NCBI RefSeq assembly: GCF_009914755.1 | Contig: NC_060945.1 | Length of the DNA: 64,000 bases | DNA from: the human T2T-CHM13v2.0 reference genome, Homo sapiens | Direction: 5' to 3' (one strand) | Shown: one piece after another, positions 40,373 through 53,299 of the stretch | Numbering within the stretch: position 1 is the first letter of the stretch | How the letters are laid out: each line of letters starts with the position of its first letter | Translations under genes and position numbers: made by a program | The notes under the pieces: generated by a model | Seen by the model: the letters and a program-made list of their open reading frames with translations, nothing else | Database searches by the model: none | Told to the model about the DNA's origin: nothing

Positions 40373-40888
40373 GGAGTGGGAGGGAGGTGAGGGGGTGGGG
40401 GTGGGAGGGAGGTGAGGGGGTGGGGATGGGAGGGAGGTGAGGGGGGTGAGAGGGAGGTGAGGGGGGTGGGGGTGAGAGGGAGGTGAGGGTGGGGGCAGGA
40501 GGGAGGTGAGGGGCGTGGTGGTGGGAGGGAGGTGAGGGGGGTGAGAGGGAGGTGAGAGGGTGGGGGCAGGAGGGAGGTGAGAGGGTGGGGGCAGGAGGGA
40601 GGTGAGGGGGGTGGGGGCGGGAGGGAGGTGAGGGGGTGGGGGTGGGAGGGAGGTGAGGGGATCAGTGTGGGAGGGAGGTGACAGGGTGGGAGGGAGGTGA
40701 GGGGGTGGGGGTGGGAGGGAGGTGAGGGGCGTGGTGGTGGGAGGGAGGTGAGGGGGGTGAGAGGGAGGTGAGAGGGTGGGGGCAGGAGGGAGGTGAGGGG
40801 GTGGGGGTGGGAGGGAGGTGAGAGGGTGGGGGCAGGAGGGAGGTGAGGGGGTGGGGGTGGGAGGGAGGTGAGGGGGTAGGGTGGGGTG
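40373..40888. repeat. G-rich ~20-28-bp minisatellite, ~20 copies
   Basis: gggagggaggtgagggggtgggggt variants. Confidence 0.93.
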
Positions 40889-42450
40889 AAGGATGTGGAG
40901 GGGTCTCCTGGGCTCTGGCCTGAGCTAGGAAGGGGCAGGGCTGGGTCAGGAAGCTGGGTCTGGGCGCTGTGGTGCATCCTGGGTGACTGTGGGACGCTGG
41001 AAGAGGAAGAGTTCCCGCATTTGCGTCTGGGTTGGGACTGTCTAGGCGAAAGCTCAGTGTGAATTGTCTGCTGTGTTCCCGGTGTCCAAGGCCCCCAGGG
41101 GCTGGGTGAGTCCCAAGAGGGATGTAGGCCGAGCAGAGTTGGGCACTGAACCCCCAGGCTCCCCTTGTTGACCACCCAGCCAGAAATTCCCAGGGCAGAA
41201 GGTGGGGTCTGCTCACCCATGGGGCAGGCGGTCTGGGGATGTCTGACGCCTGGGCCTCTGGCCAGCAGGATGTGGACAGAAGTGGCCGCTGGGTGGGGCT
41301 GAGTGCAGAGGGCAGTGCCCATCTGCAGCGTGGCTATGCGCCCCACAGAGTGTGGGCCTGAAGCGGGGAAAGGACCCCCCTCAACACCTCAGGCCGGCGG
41401 GTCCCATTCCAGCTGCCACCCGGACTCAGCCTGAGGCCTCCTCACCTGCACCAGCTTAACTCGGATCCCCAGCCACCACGGCACCATAGCGCCCGATTCC
41501 CATCCCGGTGCCCCTGCTTCGGGCTCACTCACATCCCAGAGAGTCGGTGCCAGCAGGGCAGGGGACAGATCACGTGGGGCTCCTGGGGGACGAACAGTCG
41601 TGGGAGGCAGGGCTGCAAGGAGCCTGTGCGGAGGGGCCTCGAGGCTGGGGTGCAGGGAAGACCCCAAGGAGGAACTGTGCGGGGAGGGGCGAGTGCCCTG
41701 CGGGTGGGGGACCCCTGCCCAGCGGGACAGCCCTGAGAAGCTGGGGCCCAGCGTGGCAGGCAGGCACATCCTTCCCACCCCAGCTTCCCCCATCGCCCAC
41801 GACACCCGTCCACACCTGTGGCCCAGCCACCTACACCCCGGCAAGTCCCACCGGCCTGTTCCACTGGGAAAACCCGCACACCCCCTTATCTGCAGGACAC
41901 TGGCGCCCAAGCTTGTGGGAGGCCTGAGCCGTGGGCAGAGTGGGGGAGGGAGGGAGCCACTGGTTCCCGGGAGAGCTTCCTCTCCCCAACCCCCACAACA
42001 GGTGGCAATACCTGATCCCCAGGAGAAGGTGCTTCCTTCTGCTACCCGGCCTCACTTTCCCACCCTGGGATTCCCGAGCAGCCTCAGTGAGCAGCAGACT
42101 CCAGGCTGGGTCCCCATGAAGCGGGGGACTGCTATGCCTGCAGCCCAGGAGCAAGGTGCACGGTGCACCCGGGGGTGTCTCCAACCTGGTTCTACCTGGC
42201 TCCACGGGCAACGGTCCCAGTGGGCTGTGGTCCCTCCACGAGCTGTGGTTCTGTGGGCTGTGGTTTCGTGGGCTGTGGTCCCTGTGGGCTGTGCTGTGGC
42301 TCTCATCTGCCCCCCAAGGGGCCTGGCTGGACCTCTGTCTCCTCTGACGCTGCACTTGTCTGTGTCTCGGCCTTGGCTGCCGCTCCCCTGCCATGCGGGC
42401 TCGTCCCACACGGCCCCTGCCTTGAAGACATCTTCACATGGAGTTGGCAA

Positions 42451-42571
42451 AGCCCCGGGAGGCTCTGGGCCCTTGTATCGGGGTTGGGGGCGTTAACCAG
42501 CCCCCCGGGAGGCTCTGGGCCCTTGTATCAGGGTTGGGGGGTTAACCAGCCCCCTGGGAGGCTCTGGGCCC
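42451..42571. repeat. ~50-bp tandem duplication, 2.4 copies
   Basis: ggctctgggccc at 42461, 42511, 42560. Confidence 0.9.
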
Positions 42572-43629
42572 ACTCTGTTTCTAACTGAGTCAGAGCCAAG
42601 ATTAGAAAAGGCTGAAACCACCCCCTACAACCCAGGGCCCTGGCGCCTTTGCCAGCTGTTTCTAATCAGTCCGTGGTGTCAACCACATGGTGTTGCCCCA
42701 GGATCCCCGAAGCCAAGTCAGCCTTCACTGTGGAGGAGCAGGGCGGCCTTGAAAGGAGCTCTGTCCTCCATGGGGCCTCGGCCAGGAAGGCACAAAGGGG
42801 CTTTGTCCCCAGCCCAAGCCTGGAAGACCCTCCTCCAGCTGTGGCCCTCGGGACTGTCTGGCCGGCTCGTCCTTGGGGGTTGCATCTCCCCAGGCTGCAG
42901 CATGGGCCCCAGTCAGCCGCTGAGGTGCAGAGGATGAGAAATTCCACAGAAAAGCATGTACGGACACCTTGGGGAAGCTTCCGGAAGAATGCATGCAGGA
43001 GGCTAGCCACATGCCCAGGGTGGGACTCGGGTCCAGTTCCCTGCTCCTGCCCCCACAGCATCCTCAAAGCACTGAAACATGAGCGCATGGGCCGTGGGGA
43101 CGCACTGTCGGAGGTCACTGCCTGACCCGGTGCCCAGTGTCTGCCCTGGCCCGTACGGTCCCATCGATCTGCCCCAGACGTGCTGCAGCCGTGTGTTCAG
43201 GGCCCCAGGTCCCCCTAACTCCCGGGCTTGGCTTCCCCCGATACCACCCACGCTGGTCATCTCTTAGTCACCCTGACAATGGCCACTGCTCACAGGACAG
43301 TCCCACGCTCTGTGGCTGGGTGTGGAGGCCCCCACTGGCCCTTCCTGATACCTCTGCCCCCTCTTTTCTCCTCTCTCCCTCCTGTCCCACCCCTGGCTGC
43401 AGTTGACTCTAACATTTCACTGGCATTCACCCCGGCACAGCTCACAGGCTGCATTGCTACCTCTGGGCTTTGCTGCCTGGTGAGGTGTGGGCATCCTTCA
43501 AAGCCCAGTTCCCCAATCACCTCTTCCGGGAAGCCTCCCCTGACTGCCTGGGTGGCAATGACTCCTCCCCTTCTGTGTGCAATGGAAACAGGTGGCCTGA
43601 GGAGTCAAACGGTGCAAACCCTGCCCCAC

Positions 43630-44420
43630 TCTGTTTGGGAAGCACCTGCTGTGTGGCAGGCGCTGCGCTTGGTGCTGGGGATAGACCATGGGGAAGAAAC
43701 ACACAGAACCTGCCCTGCTCTCAAGGAACAGGCCCTGGGGGCGGCCGGGGGCAGAGACCCAAGGCAGACACCCACACAGTGGCGTAATGACAGTGCTTAT
43801 GGTGGGGACCTGGCTGCACAGCAGGTCAGCAAGGGGATGTTCAGGTGACACTGGGGGCACGGAGACCCAGGGGAGAGTGGATTGACAGAGGGGACGCTGG
43901 GCAAATGTCCCGAGGCTGAGGTGGAGTTGCGGGAAGGAGGAGGCTGCCGGGCAGAGGCGCAGAGAGCTTTGCAGGTGTTGGCAGAGACCAGCAGGCCCTG
44001 CGAGGCCTGGGGTGTGTCCTCAGCTGGGAGGGCCATAGAAGGATCTGGGCTTGCAGATGCTGGTGCAGACTGGAGGCCTGGGGTGTGAGAGTCCAGGCGG
44101 GGCTCCTGCCAACACCCAGGGGAGTGGGCCTGGGCCAGGTGGACCGGGAGCTGGCACGGTGGTCAGGTGCTTGGAGGCTGCGTGCCACGCTGGGGACCTG
44201 GAGGTGTGTGAGGAGGTGTCTGTTGCTCCTGGGGCTGCCGCCTGCAGGGCTGGGTGTGCAGCAGTGCGGGGCAATGAAGTGGGCGGGTTCTGGGATGGTG
44301 GACGTTCCCTTTGTTGGGAACGTGTTGGTGCCAAGCTGCCATTTGAGTTTGGCTCTGAGGGGTCTGGGCAGGGGACACACAGGGAATCACACAGGATGGA
44401 GTGAGTTCCCAGGGACCCAG
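43630..44420 (-). mobile_element. L2 3' region, GC-shifted
   Basis: agcacctgctgtgtggcaggcgctgcgcttggtgctggggata...ccctgctctcaagga. Confidence 0.6.
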
Positions 44421-44459
44421 GGTGGCTTGGCCTGAGAACAGCTCCCACTCCCAGATGTG

Positions 44460-44545
44460 TGGGAAGCCCTCGGCACCAAGCCTCAGCCTCTCCATCTGTG
44501 AAATGGAGACAACGTCACTGGACTTGCAGGCTGTCCATGAGGGTG
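44460..44545 (+). mobile_element. MIR core
   Basis: agcctcagcctctccatctgtgaaatggag. Confidence 0.65.
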
Positions 44546-44727
44546 ATGCGATCAGAAAGGGTGGAGTTCCTGAACGCCCCGGGGTCGGGGTCTCACAGCA
44601 GGAGCTTAGCTGGTGTCGGCATCTCCTGGACCCGTCCTCAGCTCCGAGCGCCCAGTCCTGCCACCTGTGTCCAAGTCTGCACTGTGCCCACGAGGCCCTC
44701 AAGGCCGCAGACAGCCCCACACTTCTC

Positions 44728-44865
44728 GGACGCCGCCCCAGCACGGTCCTTGTGTGAGGTGGACACTCCTTCTGGACGCCGCCCCAGCACGGTCCTTGTG
44801 TGAGGTGGACACTCCTTCTGGACGCCGCCCCAGTACGGTCCTTGTGTGAGGTGGACACTCCTTCT
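44728..44865. repeat. 46-bp tandem repeat x3
   Basis: ggacgccgccccagcacggtccttgtgtgaggtggacactccttct at 44728, 44774, 44820. Confidence 0.95.
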
Positions 44866-45060
44866 AGGGAAGGAGTAGTAACTCTTGGGTGGTCGGGTAG
44901 TTGCCATGGAAAGGGGCAGTAATGCCCAGGTATTGCCGTGGCAACCGTAAACTGACATGGCGCACTGGAGGGCGTGCCTCATGGAAAGCTACCTGTGCCC
45001 CTGCCCTGTGTTAGCTAGGCCTCAATGTGGTCCAGTATCTGAGCCCCGCCTCCTGCCTCA
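44863..45060 (-). mobile_element. ERV1 LTR 5' fragment (MER66-like)
   Basis: taaactgacatggcgcactggagggcgtgcctcatggaaagct...gagccccgcctcctgcctca. Confidence 0.65.
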
Positions 45061-45299
45061 GATGTTCCCGTCTGTCACCCCATTACCAGGGCGGCACTTC
45101 GGGTCCTTTCCAGCCATCATTGTCCTGGCATTGCCACAGTGGACACTGCCACACAGGCTTGTGTGCTTGCGCGTACCCAGGTCCTCACCTCTCTGGGATA
45201 AACCAGGCACGTGGCGGCCGCCCCATTTTCCACCGGCCAGCGGTGGAGGAGTTGCCCAGCCTTGCAGGAAAACAGCTCTCATGCCAGCAGCGGAGCATC

Positions 45300-45674
45300 C
45301 TATTCAAGTTTTCTCAGGGCTGCCAGCACAAATGCTGCATGCCGGGCGGCTTCCTCAGCAGACCGTTGTTTCTCTGCGTCCTGGAGGCTGGACGTCCCAG
45401 GTCCCCGTGTGGCAGGCCCGGTTCCTCCCGCAGCCTCTCCTTGGCTTGTGGGCGGCGTCTCCTCCCTGGGTCCTCGCAGGGCCACCCCTCCGTGTGTCTG
45501 TGTCCTCCCTCCCCTTATAAGGACCCCAGGCAGACTGGATCAGGGCCTGCCCTAAGGACTGAATTTTACCTTAATCACCTCTTTAAAAGCTGTCTCCAAA
45601 TACAGTCACCTTCTGGGGTCCTGGCTGTTAGGGCTTTGATGCATGGATTTGGGGGACACCGCTCAGCCCCTAAC
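45300..45674 (-). mobile_element. MLT1A-like MaLR LTR
   Basis: cttataaggac...ttaccttaatcacctctttaaa...tctccaaatacagtcac...cagcccctaaca. Confidence 0.8.
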
Positions 45675-47009
45675 AGCCCCCATCCTCTGCCTGCCTTTAC
45701 CATGGGGCTGAGCCCAGCCCTGCAGGAGTCCCCTGGTTTGATGTCTGCTGTGGCCACGGCGACCCTCAGGCTGCTCCAGCCGCACTTGTGCTTGTCTCTG
45801 CCTGGCCCTGGGGCTTCACCTCCTGAGGGGGTGGAGAGAGAGAGACCTGTCCCTCCCAGCTCTCCTGGCCTTGCCCACTGCAGAGCCCAGAGGGACATCC
45901 TCCACCGTGGGCCTGGGCTCAGGTGTGCTCCGCGTTCTCCGGCCCCTCCTCCAGGTGCGCTGCTCACAGCACACGTCTCCACGTCCTGGCATCCCGGGCC
46001 TCCCTGGGCTCCGTGGCCCCGGAGGGTGCCCCTCCCTCAGCCAGTACTGTGGGAAGAGCCCGGTCCCTCTGGGGCCAGATGAGCAGGGCAGAGTGAGCAG
46101 GTCCCCCTTTGGTGGAGATTCACGATCTCCACCCCGCCCAGCAGCCATCCCAGGCCGCAGTCTGCTGACTATCCCCAGCTCACACTTCTCACCAGCTGAC
46201 ACGGTGATCTGGCCGGGCACCTGCCCAGGGTCCCACCCGCAGAGGAACCCGCCTCTTCCAGGTTGGTTCCGGGCTCCTGGACGGATCACGCGCTGTTGAC
46301 ATGCAGTTGTAGCTTTTTTCTTGTGGGTGGGAGCAATGCTCTTCCCAGCTCCACCTGGAATTCCACCAGGGATGGGTGCAGCATCCTAACCCCGCCTTCC
46401 CTTGGAGAATTCACTGCTCTGGACAGACGCCTGGCCCAGGATTTCAAAGGCGCATCTGTTATGGACCGGGCCCCCAGAGGAGACGTCTTTTTGCCATTTT
46501 GTTTTCTGACCGGAGGGTTTTTTGGAGGTTGCCCTCCCACCCACCGGGTTGCTGGCAGCCCAGCCCGTGCTGTTTTCAGTGGACCCTTTTGCAAATGTCT
46601 TCACAGGCTCCCGGGAAGCTGAGCTGAACAGTGACCTCAGCCTTGAGCAATCCCGAGGATGTGTTTGCTGAGGAAATCATTAAACAGGGAGATGAGAGCA
46701 CTCAACCCCCCACATGCCAGGCTCTGCGGGAGGCTGCTTATTCCTGTGGCCTCGGGCCAGGTGCCCCAGCATTTGCTGCCCTTGGTAGACACTTGTCTGG
46801 CCTGAGCCCTCGGGCACCATACACCGACATGGTTAGGGCAGCCAGGGTCAGCCCGGGCCCCTGGGAGAGCTGAGTGGAGGGACCACTGGCCAAGCACAGA
46901 GGGTGCAGGGTGCCCAGGACCAGGCGTCACCTGATGGTCACCTGGGGGAACCTGCTCACTCCGCCCTGCTGCCCTGCTCACTGCTCGGGGGCCCAGCCAG
47001 GCCGGGGAC

Positions 47010-47137
47010 CAGGGCCTCAGAGTGGAGGGGGGTCAGGGCCCAGGGCCTCAGGGTGGAGGATGGTCAGGACTCAGGGCCTCAGGGTGGAGGCAGTCAGGAC
47101 TCAGGGCCTGAGGATGGAGGGGGTCAGGCCTCAGGGC
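47010..47137. repeat. ~30-bp degenerate tandem repeat x4
   Basis: cagggcctcagggtggag..gtcaggact. Confidence 0.8.
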
Positions 47138-48339
47138 ACTGGACAGCTGACTGGCTTCTTCCCAACCCTTTTCCTTCTTTTCGCCCAACATAACCACTGG
47201 GAGGTATCCACAGAAGGGGGCTCCTCAAACACTGCCTGGTGTCCTCTGTCTCAGCCCCAGGGGAAAGGACTCGCACGGGGCGGAGTGGGAACTTTGGGTG
47301 AAACTGGGCAGGGGGTGCTGGCCAAGGCGGGGGAGAGGGTGGACTCCCATCAGGTCAGGAGCTCCGAGGTGAGGCCTCTGCTAGGGTGGAGGGTCTCAAG
47401 ATGGGGAGGGAGGGGTTGTGGGAAAGGGGAGGGGAGGTGGAGCCGCTCCAGGAGCCTCACGGGCCTTCGGGATGGAGCCGCTGGGCGTTGGCGAGAGGCT
47501 TCCGTCCACGGCACAGCCCCGCACGGGGGCAGAGGACGGGAAGGGACCCAGGGCAGCCCCGAACCACCTCAGACTTTTGGAAAATGAACTGGAAAGAAAC
47601 AAGACTTCTTTTGAAAAGAAGAATGTCCTTTTTTATTTTGACTTTTTGTCATCGATATTTTTTGCGTTACTCCTGGTTTTAAAAAGAATTGCATTAAAAT
47701 ACCGCTTTTCTGATGAGTGAGTTTTTGGAACACCCCCCTGCTCCCTGCTTTAATTTTGCCCTGGAGAGGAGCACCTCATTCTACTCTGGGCTGTGCATCT
47801 TTGGAAGGAATGCTGAGACCCCCGGTTCCCACTGTCCCCGTGGGCCATACCCCGTGAGCCAGCGGGACCAGCTCCGAAGGCAGAAGGTCAGCCCGGGGTC
47901 AGCTTCAGCCTTGGCGGGGGCAGCCGCTCAGCAGAGGGTGGCCCAGGGAGGCCAGGCTGGCTAAGGGCAGGGCCAGGACCACCCAGAATGGGAGGCCCAC
48001 AGCCCACCAAGGGGTTGCCCCGTGGGAAGACATGGGGAATGGGTCTGGCCCTCTCAGCACGCTGTGGAGTGTGGCAGAGGGCGGGGGTCGTGTCCTGGAA
48101 GGAGGAGGCTGAGCCTCCAGAGAGCAGCGTCGGGCTGGAAGATTAGGGGAATGCTGTGTGTACAAGGCCCAGCCATGACAAGCAGTGACTGTGGTTTTAG
48201 CCAAGAGTGGGCAGTGAGGGAGGGGACACACGTGGCGGATAGGGTGGGGAGTGGCCCCCACAGGACATCAGGAGGGACCTAAGTGAAGGAGGAAGCGCTG
48301 GCAGGCCAGGCACCCACCCTCGGGGGCCAACTATCCAGA

Positions 48340-48530
48340 GAGGGGCAGGGGGAGGGCAGGGGGAGGGGGCTGAGAGCGGGCAGAGGGAGGGCTGGAGCAG
48401 GGGCTGAGAGCAGGCATGGGGAGGGCAGGGGGAAGGGGCTGAGAGCAGGCAGGGGGAAGGGGCTGAGAGTGGGCAGGGGCTGAGAGCGGGCAGGGGCTGA
48501 GAGCGGGCAGGGGGAGGGCCGGGGCAGGGG
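48340..48530. repeat. G-rich tandem repeat
   Basis: ggggctgagagcgggcagggg repeated ~6 times. Confidence 0.8.
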
Positions 48531-48711
48531 CTGCTGCCTCCTGGAAACGTTTCATGTTGTCCTTGCACTATTTACAGTGAGGATTATTTATAAAACCCAA
48601 ATCGCTTTAAAGCCATTTCCAGGTTTTACATGAACAAAAATCTATTTGAAAAAAGAAAATAATAAAATAAACATTTAAAAATCTTTCTTAGAATTCCCTA
48701 AATTTCAGGGC

Positions 48712-49215
48712 CGTGTGTGTGCCCATGTGTGGTATTTGTGTGTGTGCGTCTGTGCATCTGTGTCAGTGTGTCTGTGTCTGTGAGTCTGTGTGTCTGTATC
48801 TGTGTGTCGGTGCATCTCTGTGTCTGTGTGTGTCTGTGTCTGTGTGCCTGTGTGTGTGTCTGTCACTGTGTGTGTGTCTGTGTGTCTGTGCATCTGTGTG
48901 TCTGTGTGTGTCAGTGTGTCTGTGTGTGTGTCTCAGTGTGTCTGTATCTGTGTGTTGGTGCATCTGTGTGTCTGTGTCTGTGTCTGTGTGCTTGGGTGTC
49001 TGTCACTGTGCGTCCGTGTGTCTGTGCATCCGTGTGTCTCTGCATATGTGTGTGTGTGTCAGTGTGTCTGTATCTGTGTGTTGGTGCATCTCTATGTCTG
49101 TGTATGTGTGTCAATGTGTCTGTGTGCTTGTGTGTCTGTCACTGTGTCTGTGCATCCATGTGTCTGTGCGTCTGTGTGTCTGTGCATCCGTGTGTCTGTG
49201 CATATATGTCTGTGT
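48712..49215. repeat. (TG/TGTC)-rich simple repeat, ~500 bp
   Basis: tgtgtgtctgtg iterations. Confidence 0.92.
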
Positions 49216-50099
49216 ACGCACACAGCTGATCCTCTGACACCGAGGAGGAGACACAGTGGGGATTCTGGGTCTGGCAGGCTCTCTCCTCTGCATCTCTCAA
49301 GCCTCCCACAACCCCCTTAGTGTCCACCCATGCTGTAAGAGGAGACCATCTGGAGTCCCAGGTGTTTTAGAGACTGGAAACCAGCCCACGGGGCCCCTGG
49401 AGGAACAAAAACCAGCTCCCAGCCAGCGCATGCACACCTGAGACACGCCCTCAGCCACTGGCTTCTGCCACTGCTTTACTGGGTCAGCCATGAGTGGGGC
49501 TGAGGAGCCCGCCCTCCCATCAACGTGTTGCTACCTGGAGAGCATTGACAGACTTGGGCCATTCCTCTCCGTGGCGGGTGCCCCTGTCTTCCTGTCTACA
49601 TGAGTCCAGGGGCCCTGTGGTGCATGGGAACAGCCAGGAGGGGTGGCTCAGCAGGACTAAGATGAGAGACTATCATGAGACCCGGGCACATTCTCACCAA
49701 CAGCGGGTTCCTTTCCGTCCCCGCATCTTCCCTCACCAGCAAGCCCCTGTGCAGATCCCAGACTCCACAAAGGCCCATCAGTCATCACTGTCCACATGTG
49801 CATCCGATGTGTAGGGTGGCGGCGGGGATGAGGCTCAGACAGACAAGACACCCCAGGGTCAGCCAGGCCGGCCTGTCCCACTTGAGCTGGGCTGAGACAC
49901 CAATGTCACCCCTCTTGAAGCCCCCAAAGCTTGCTCTCTGGCCGACAGCTGGCTTTTGAGCCAGAAGGCTGGTGACCCTGTTAGGATCTGGCAGACCCGC
50001 CAGGGTGGCTCCCAACTCACCCACTTCCCGCCCTGAGGTCCTCTCCTCCCTCCCCACCCTCTGGCTACATGGACTCTCCATCCTGGAACACCGGGCATG

Positions 50100-50400
50100 A
50101 CCTGACTCGCCTTTGCCTCGCCGTTCCCTCTGCCTGCGATGCTGTTTCCCCGACCACACAGGCCTCCCTGGCTCCTGGCCTCCTCCAGTCTTTTCTCAGG
50201 GTCTTCTCCGTGAGGCCCCTCTGACAACCCCGTTCACATTCCTAACCAGCACCCAGCAGCCTGTCTCATTGTCTCTTACTGGAATGTGTGTTTGCACGGC
50301 AGGGATTTTCCCCCTGCTGTGTGGTGATGGATCCCCAGCGTCTGGAACTGCTTCCAATGCGAAGGAGCTCGGAAGCCTTCAGTGTGGGGATGAGTGAGTG
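50100..50400 (+). mobile_element. L2 3' end relic
   Basis: ggcagggattt...atccccagcgtctggaac...gatgagtgagtga. Confidence 0.55.
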
Positions 50401-51401
50401 AGGCAGGCGGCTGCCGGTGCGGGGAAGACAGTTAGGGTTGTTCTTACATGATAGTTTTTAAAGATGCCATCTTTTCAACCAAGAAATTCTACTTCTAGGC
50501 CCCTGCCCTGGAGAAACAATGAACTGGTGGGGAAGAGTTTCATCATTTCAAATGCTCGGCCATGGTTTCTGTGACCTGTGGGTCTGGTTCCTCCATGGAT
50601 GGAGCAGATGTCAGCGGCCTTTGACTGGAGAAGGTCGTGGGTCTTGCAGGCTTCAAAAGCTTCTTCGTTTATGTTGTGCCAAGAAAGCTATGGCTGGGAA
50701 CGGTTCCCTCCCTCAGTGTCTGCTTGTGGCAGCTCCCGGGCGTTTCTGGGCTGCCTCACCCCGCACTGCACTGGCCTCAGAGCCAGGCCTTCATCTGACC
50801 AAGTCCCCACCTCCTGCTGTCTTCACTAGTGCTGTTCTTTATCTGTCTTTGGGTTCCTTTTAGTATTTTCCCCTAAATTTTCAAATGATGTGTCTGGTTG
50901 GTTGAATGTGAACCTTTCTTGATTACTAGGTAAATGCATCTGGTCTTCCTGGTGTGGCCGAGTCCCACAGGTGCAGTGTGGGGCACCCACGTGCCTTCCC
51001 TGGAGTGAGGAGTCCGAGCTCTCCTCTCCGTCTCTGCTCATGATGGGGGCCATGCTCCCCCGTGCCCTTCCCAGCAAAGATGGGGCCTCCAGGGCTCCAC
51101 TCCCACTCCCGAGCCCCTTCAGTGTGGACACATCTCACTGTTACCCTGGTATCCGTTCACAGTCACTGAGACTTGGCCAGCAGCTTTGCTGCCTTTGTGT
51201 TGGTTTTTGTCAACACTCTGTTCTGTGTCCCATGCCAGCCGAGAGGCCTGTGGGGGTGGCTAGTGGGGGGAAGCTTGGCCTGCAGGTGAAGGCAGGGCTG
51301 GGGGCCCTTCTGGGCCATGGTGCCAGCCTGTCACCTTCGTGTTTTCTGCCATCAGGTGTCAGGGTCCCACTGGGCCTTCAGCTGCCTGTGCTACCTGGGC
51401 A

Positions 51402-51910
51402 TGTGCCCCCTCCCCAAATATGTGCCCCTCCCCAGACCTGTGCCCCCTCCCCAGATCTGTGCCCCTCCCCACACCTGTGCCCCCTCCCCGGATCTGTGCC
51501 CCCTCCCCGGACCTGTGCCCCCTCCCCAGACCTGTGCCCCCTCCCCGGACCTGTGCCCCCTCCCCAGACCTGTGCCCCCTCCCAGGCCTGTGCCCCCTCC
51601 CGGGCCTGTGCCCCCTCCCTGGATCTGTGCCCCCTCGCCGGGCCAGTGCCCTCTCCCTGGACCTGTGCCCCCTCCCCAGGCCTGTGCCCCCTCCCTGGAT
51701 CTGTGCCCCTCCCCGGACCTGTGCCCCCTCCCTGGATCTGTGCCCCCTCGCTGGGCCAGTGCCCTCTCCCTGGACCTGTGCCCCCTCCCCAGGCCTGTGC
51801 CCCCTCCCCGGACCTGTGCCCCCTCCCAGACCTGTGCCCCCTCCCCAGACCTGTGCCCCCTCCCCAGACCTGTGCCCCCTCCCCAGGCCTGTGCCCCCTC
51901 TCTGGGCCTG
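51402..51910. repeat. 19-bp C-rich minisatellite, ~27 copies
   Basis: cctgtgccccctccccaga unit. Confidence 0.95.
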
Positions 51911-53299
51911 TGTTTTCCCAAACATACCCCATGGAGAGGAGCTGGGTCCTCACAGGTTCAAAATTGTCCTATAACCCTGGGGGGGTTACGGTGTGTGCGA
52001 GGGATGGAAACCAGACTCTGAGGTAGACGTGTGTGTGAGGAGTGTCAGCCCCCGTCCCTGGAGGGCGAGGAGGGGAGTCCAGGGAGGCCCCACCCCTGGC
52101 CTGGGGAGATGGGTCTCGGTGAAGAACCAGGGCCACACTGGCATCACAGGCAGGCCCAGTCCTGGTGGATATGTCCAGGCCGCCCCTTTTCCTCCCCTCC
52201 ATCCAGGGTGCACCAGGCTCCTCCCCTCAGAGACCACCCAGCCGGAAGCCCAGGCTCCCCAGGTCACCAAAAGGGGCTTGCAGGGCCTCCTAGGTGCCAC
52301 AGGGTGCCGGGGGTGAAATGTGACTCTACCAGGCAGCCGTCAAAGAAACAGGTGTAACTGCATCCCCAGCGTGGAGAGGAGGCTGGCTCGGGCCAGCAGG
52401 GTCCCAGAGAGAGCCCAGGGTCCGGGAAGCAGAGCAACCTCAGGCAGCTCCAGGGGGACGTTGATGGAGGGACCATTGGCAACGGTGGAGCAGGGAGTAG
52501 GGAGAAAGCGAGCCCATGGCTGGAGCGCGCCAGGAGGGTGAGGTGAGGGCGGGGCCCCTGGAGCCTTAGTGCAGGGAGACAGGCTGCCTGTGCACCTGCC
52601 GAGAAGGAGCCCTCCCCGACCTTGGACTGCCAATACCCGAGGCCAAACCCACCCTCCCCAGCCTGTGCCAGCCCCAGGGTCAGCCTGGGCAGAGCGTGGT
52701 GGGGAGAGGTGCCCAGGGCACCTGGAGGGGTAGGAGGGGACACCTGCCCTGCTGTACACAGTCCCTGCTTCCCCCATGTGCTCCCCACCAGCCTGCAGGG
52801 AGCATGGAGTTGCTTTCACTTCATCAAGATCCTGGAGCACCTCTTCCTGCTGCCTCGAGTGGCCCACAGTTTCCACGACACCTCTCTGGTTTCCGGAGCT
52901 CCTGAGCTGGGATGTAAGCCACCAGCATTCATCTCTGGCCCCTGCCTCAGGCCCTTCGACTCCCAAAATAATGGGCAGGAGTGGGAGCTTCATCCAAGGC
53001 CCCTGCACACTGCCTTGGTTCACAGTGAAATCTGGAACACGGCATCTTGGTTTCCAGGAAAACTGCCTTGGGTGCCATGGCGCAGCCTGCCCACACTTCA
53101 GGCACAGAGCACAGAAGATTCTGTGGTTTCCATACCTGGGAAGAGAAAAGAAAAACCTTCCAGGTACTTTAAAGTTCCAGAAAAATGAGAAATGCTTGGC
53201 CACAGGTACACCTACAAACCCTGCTGTCTGCACAAACCTTGCTGCAGAAGTCACAGGAAGGCTCTAAGGAGCAAAGAAGGAAGAGCCGGCCCCTCCTCT

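Noticed and set aside
39880-41346. 488-aa Pro-rich ORF, and similar ORFs at 2.6-3.9, 23.4-24.2, 48.7-49.3 and 51.0-52.0 kb
   Set aside because: Length is explained by stop-free tandem or low-complexity repeats
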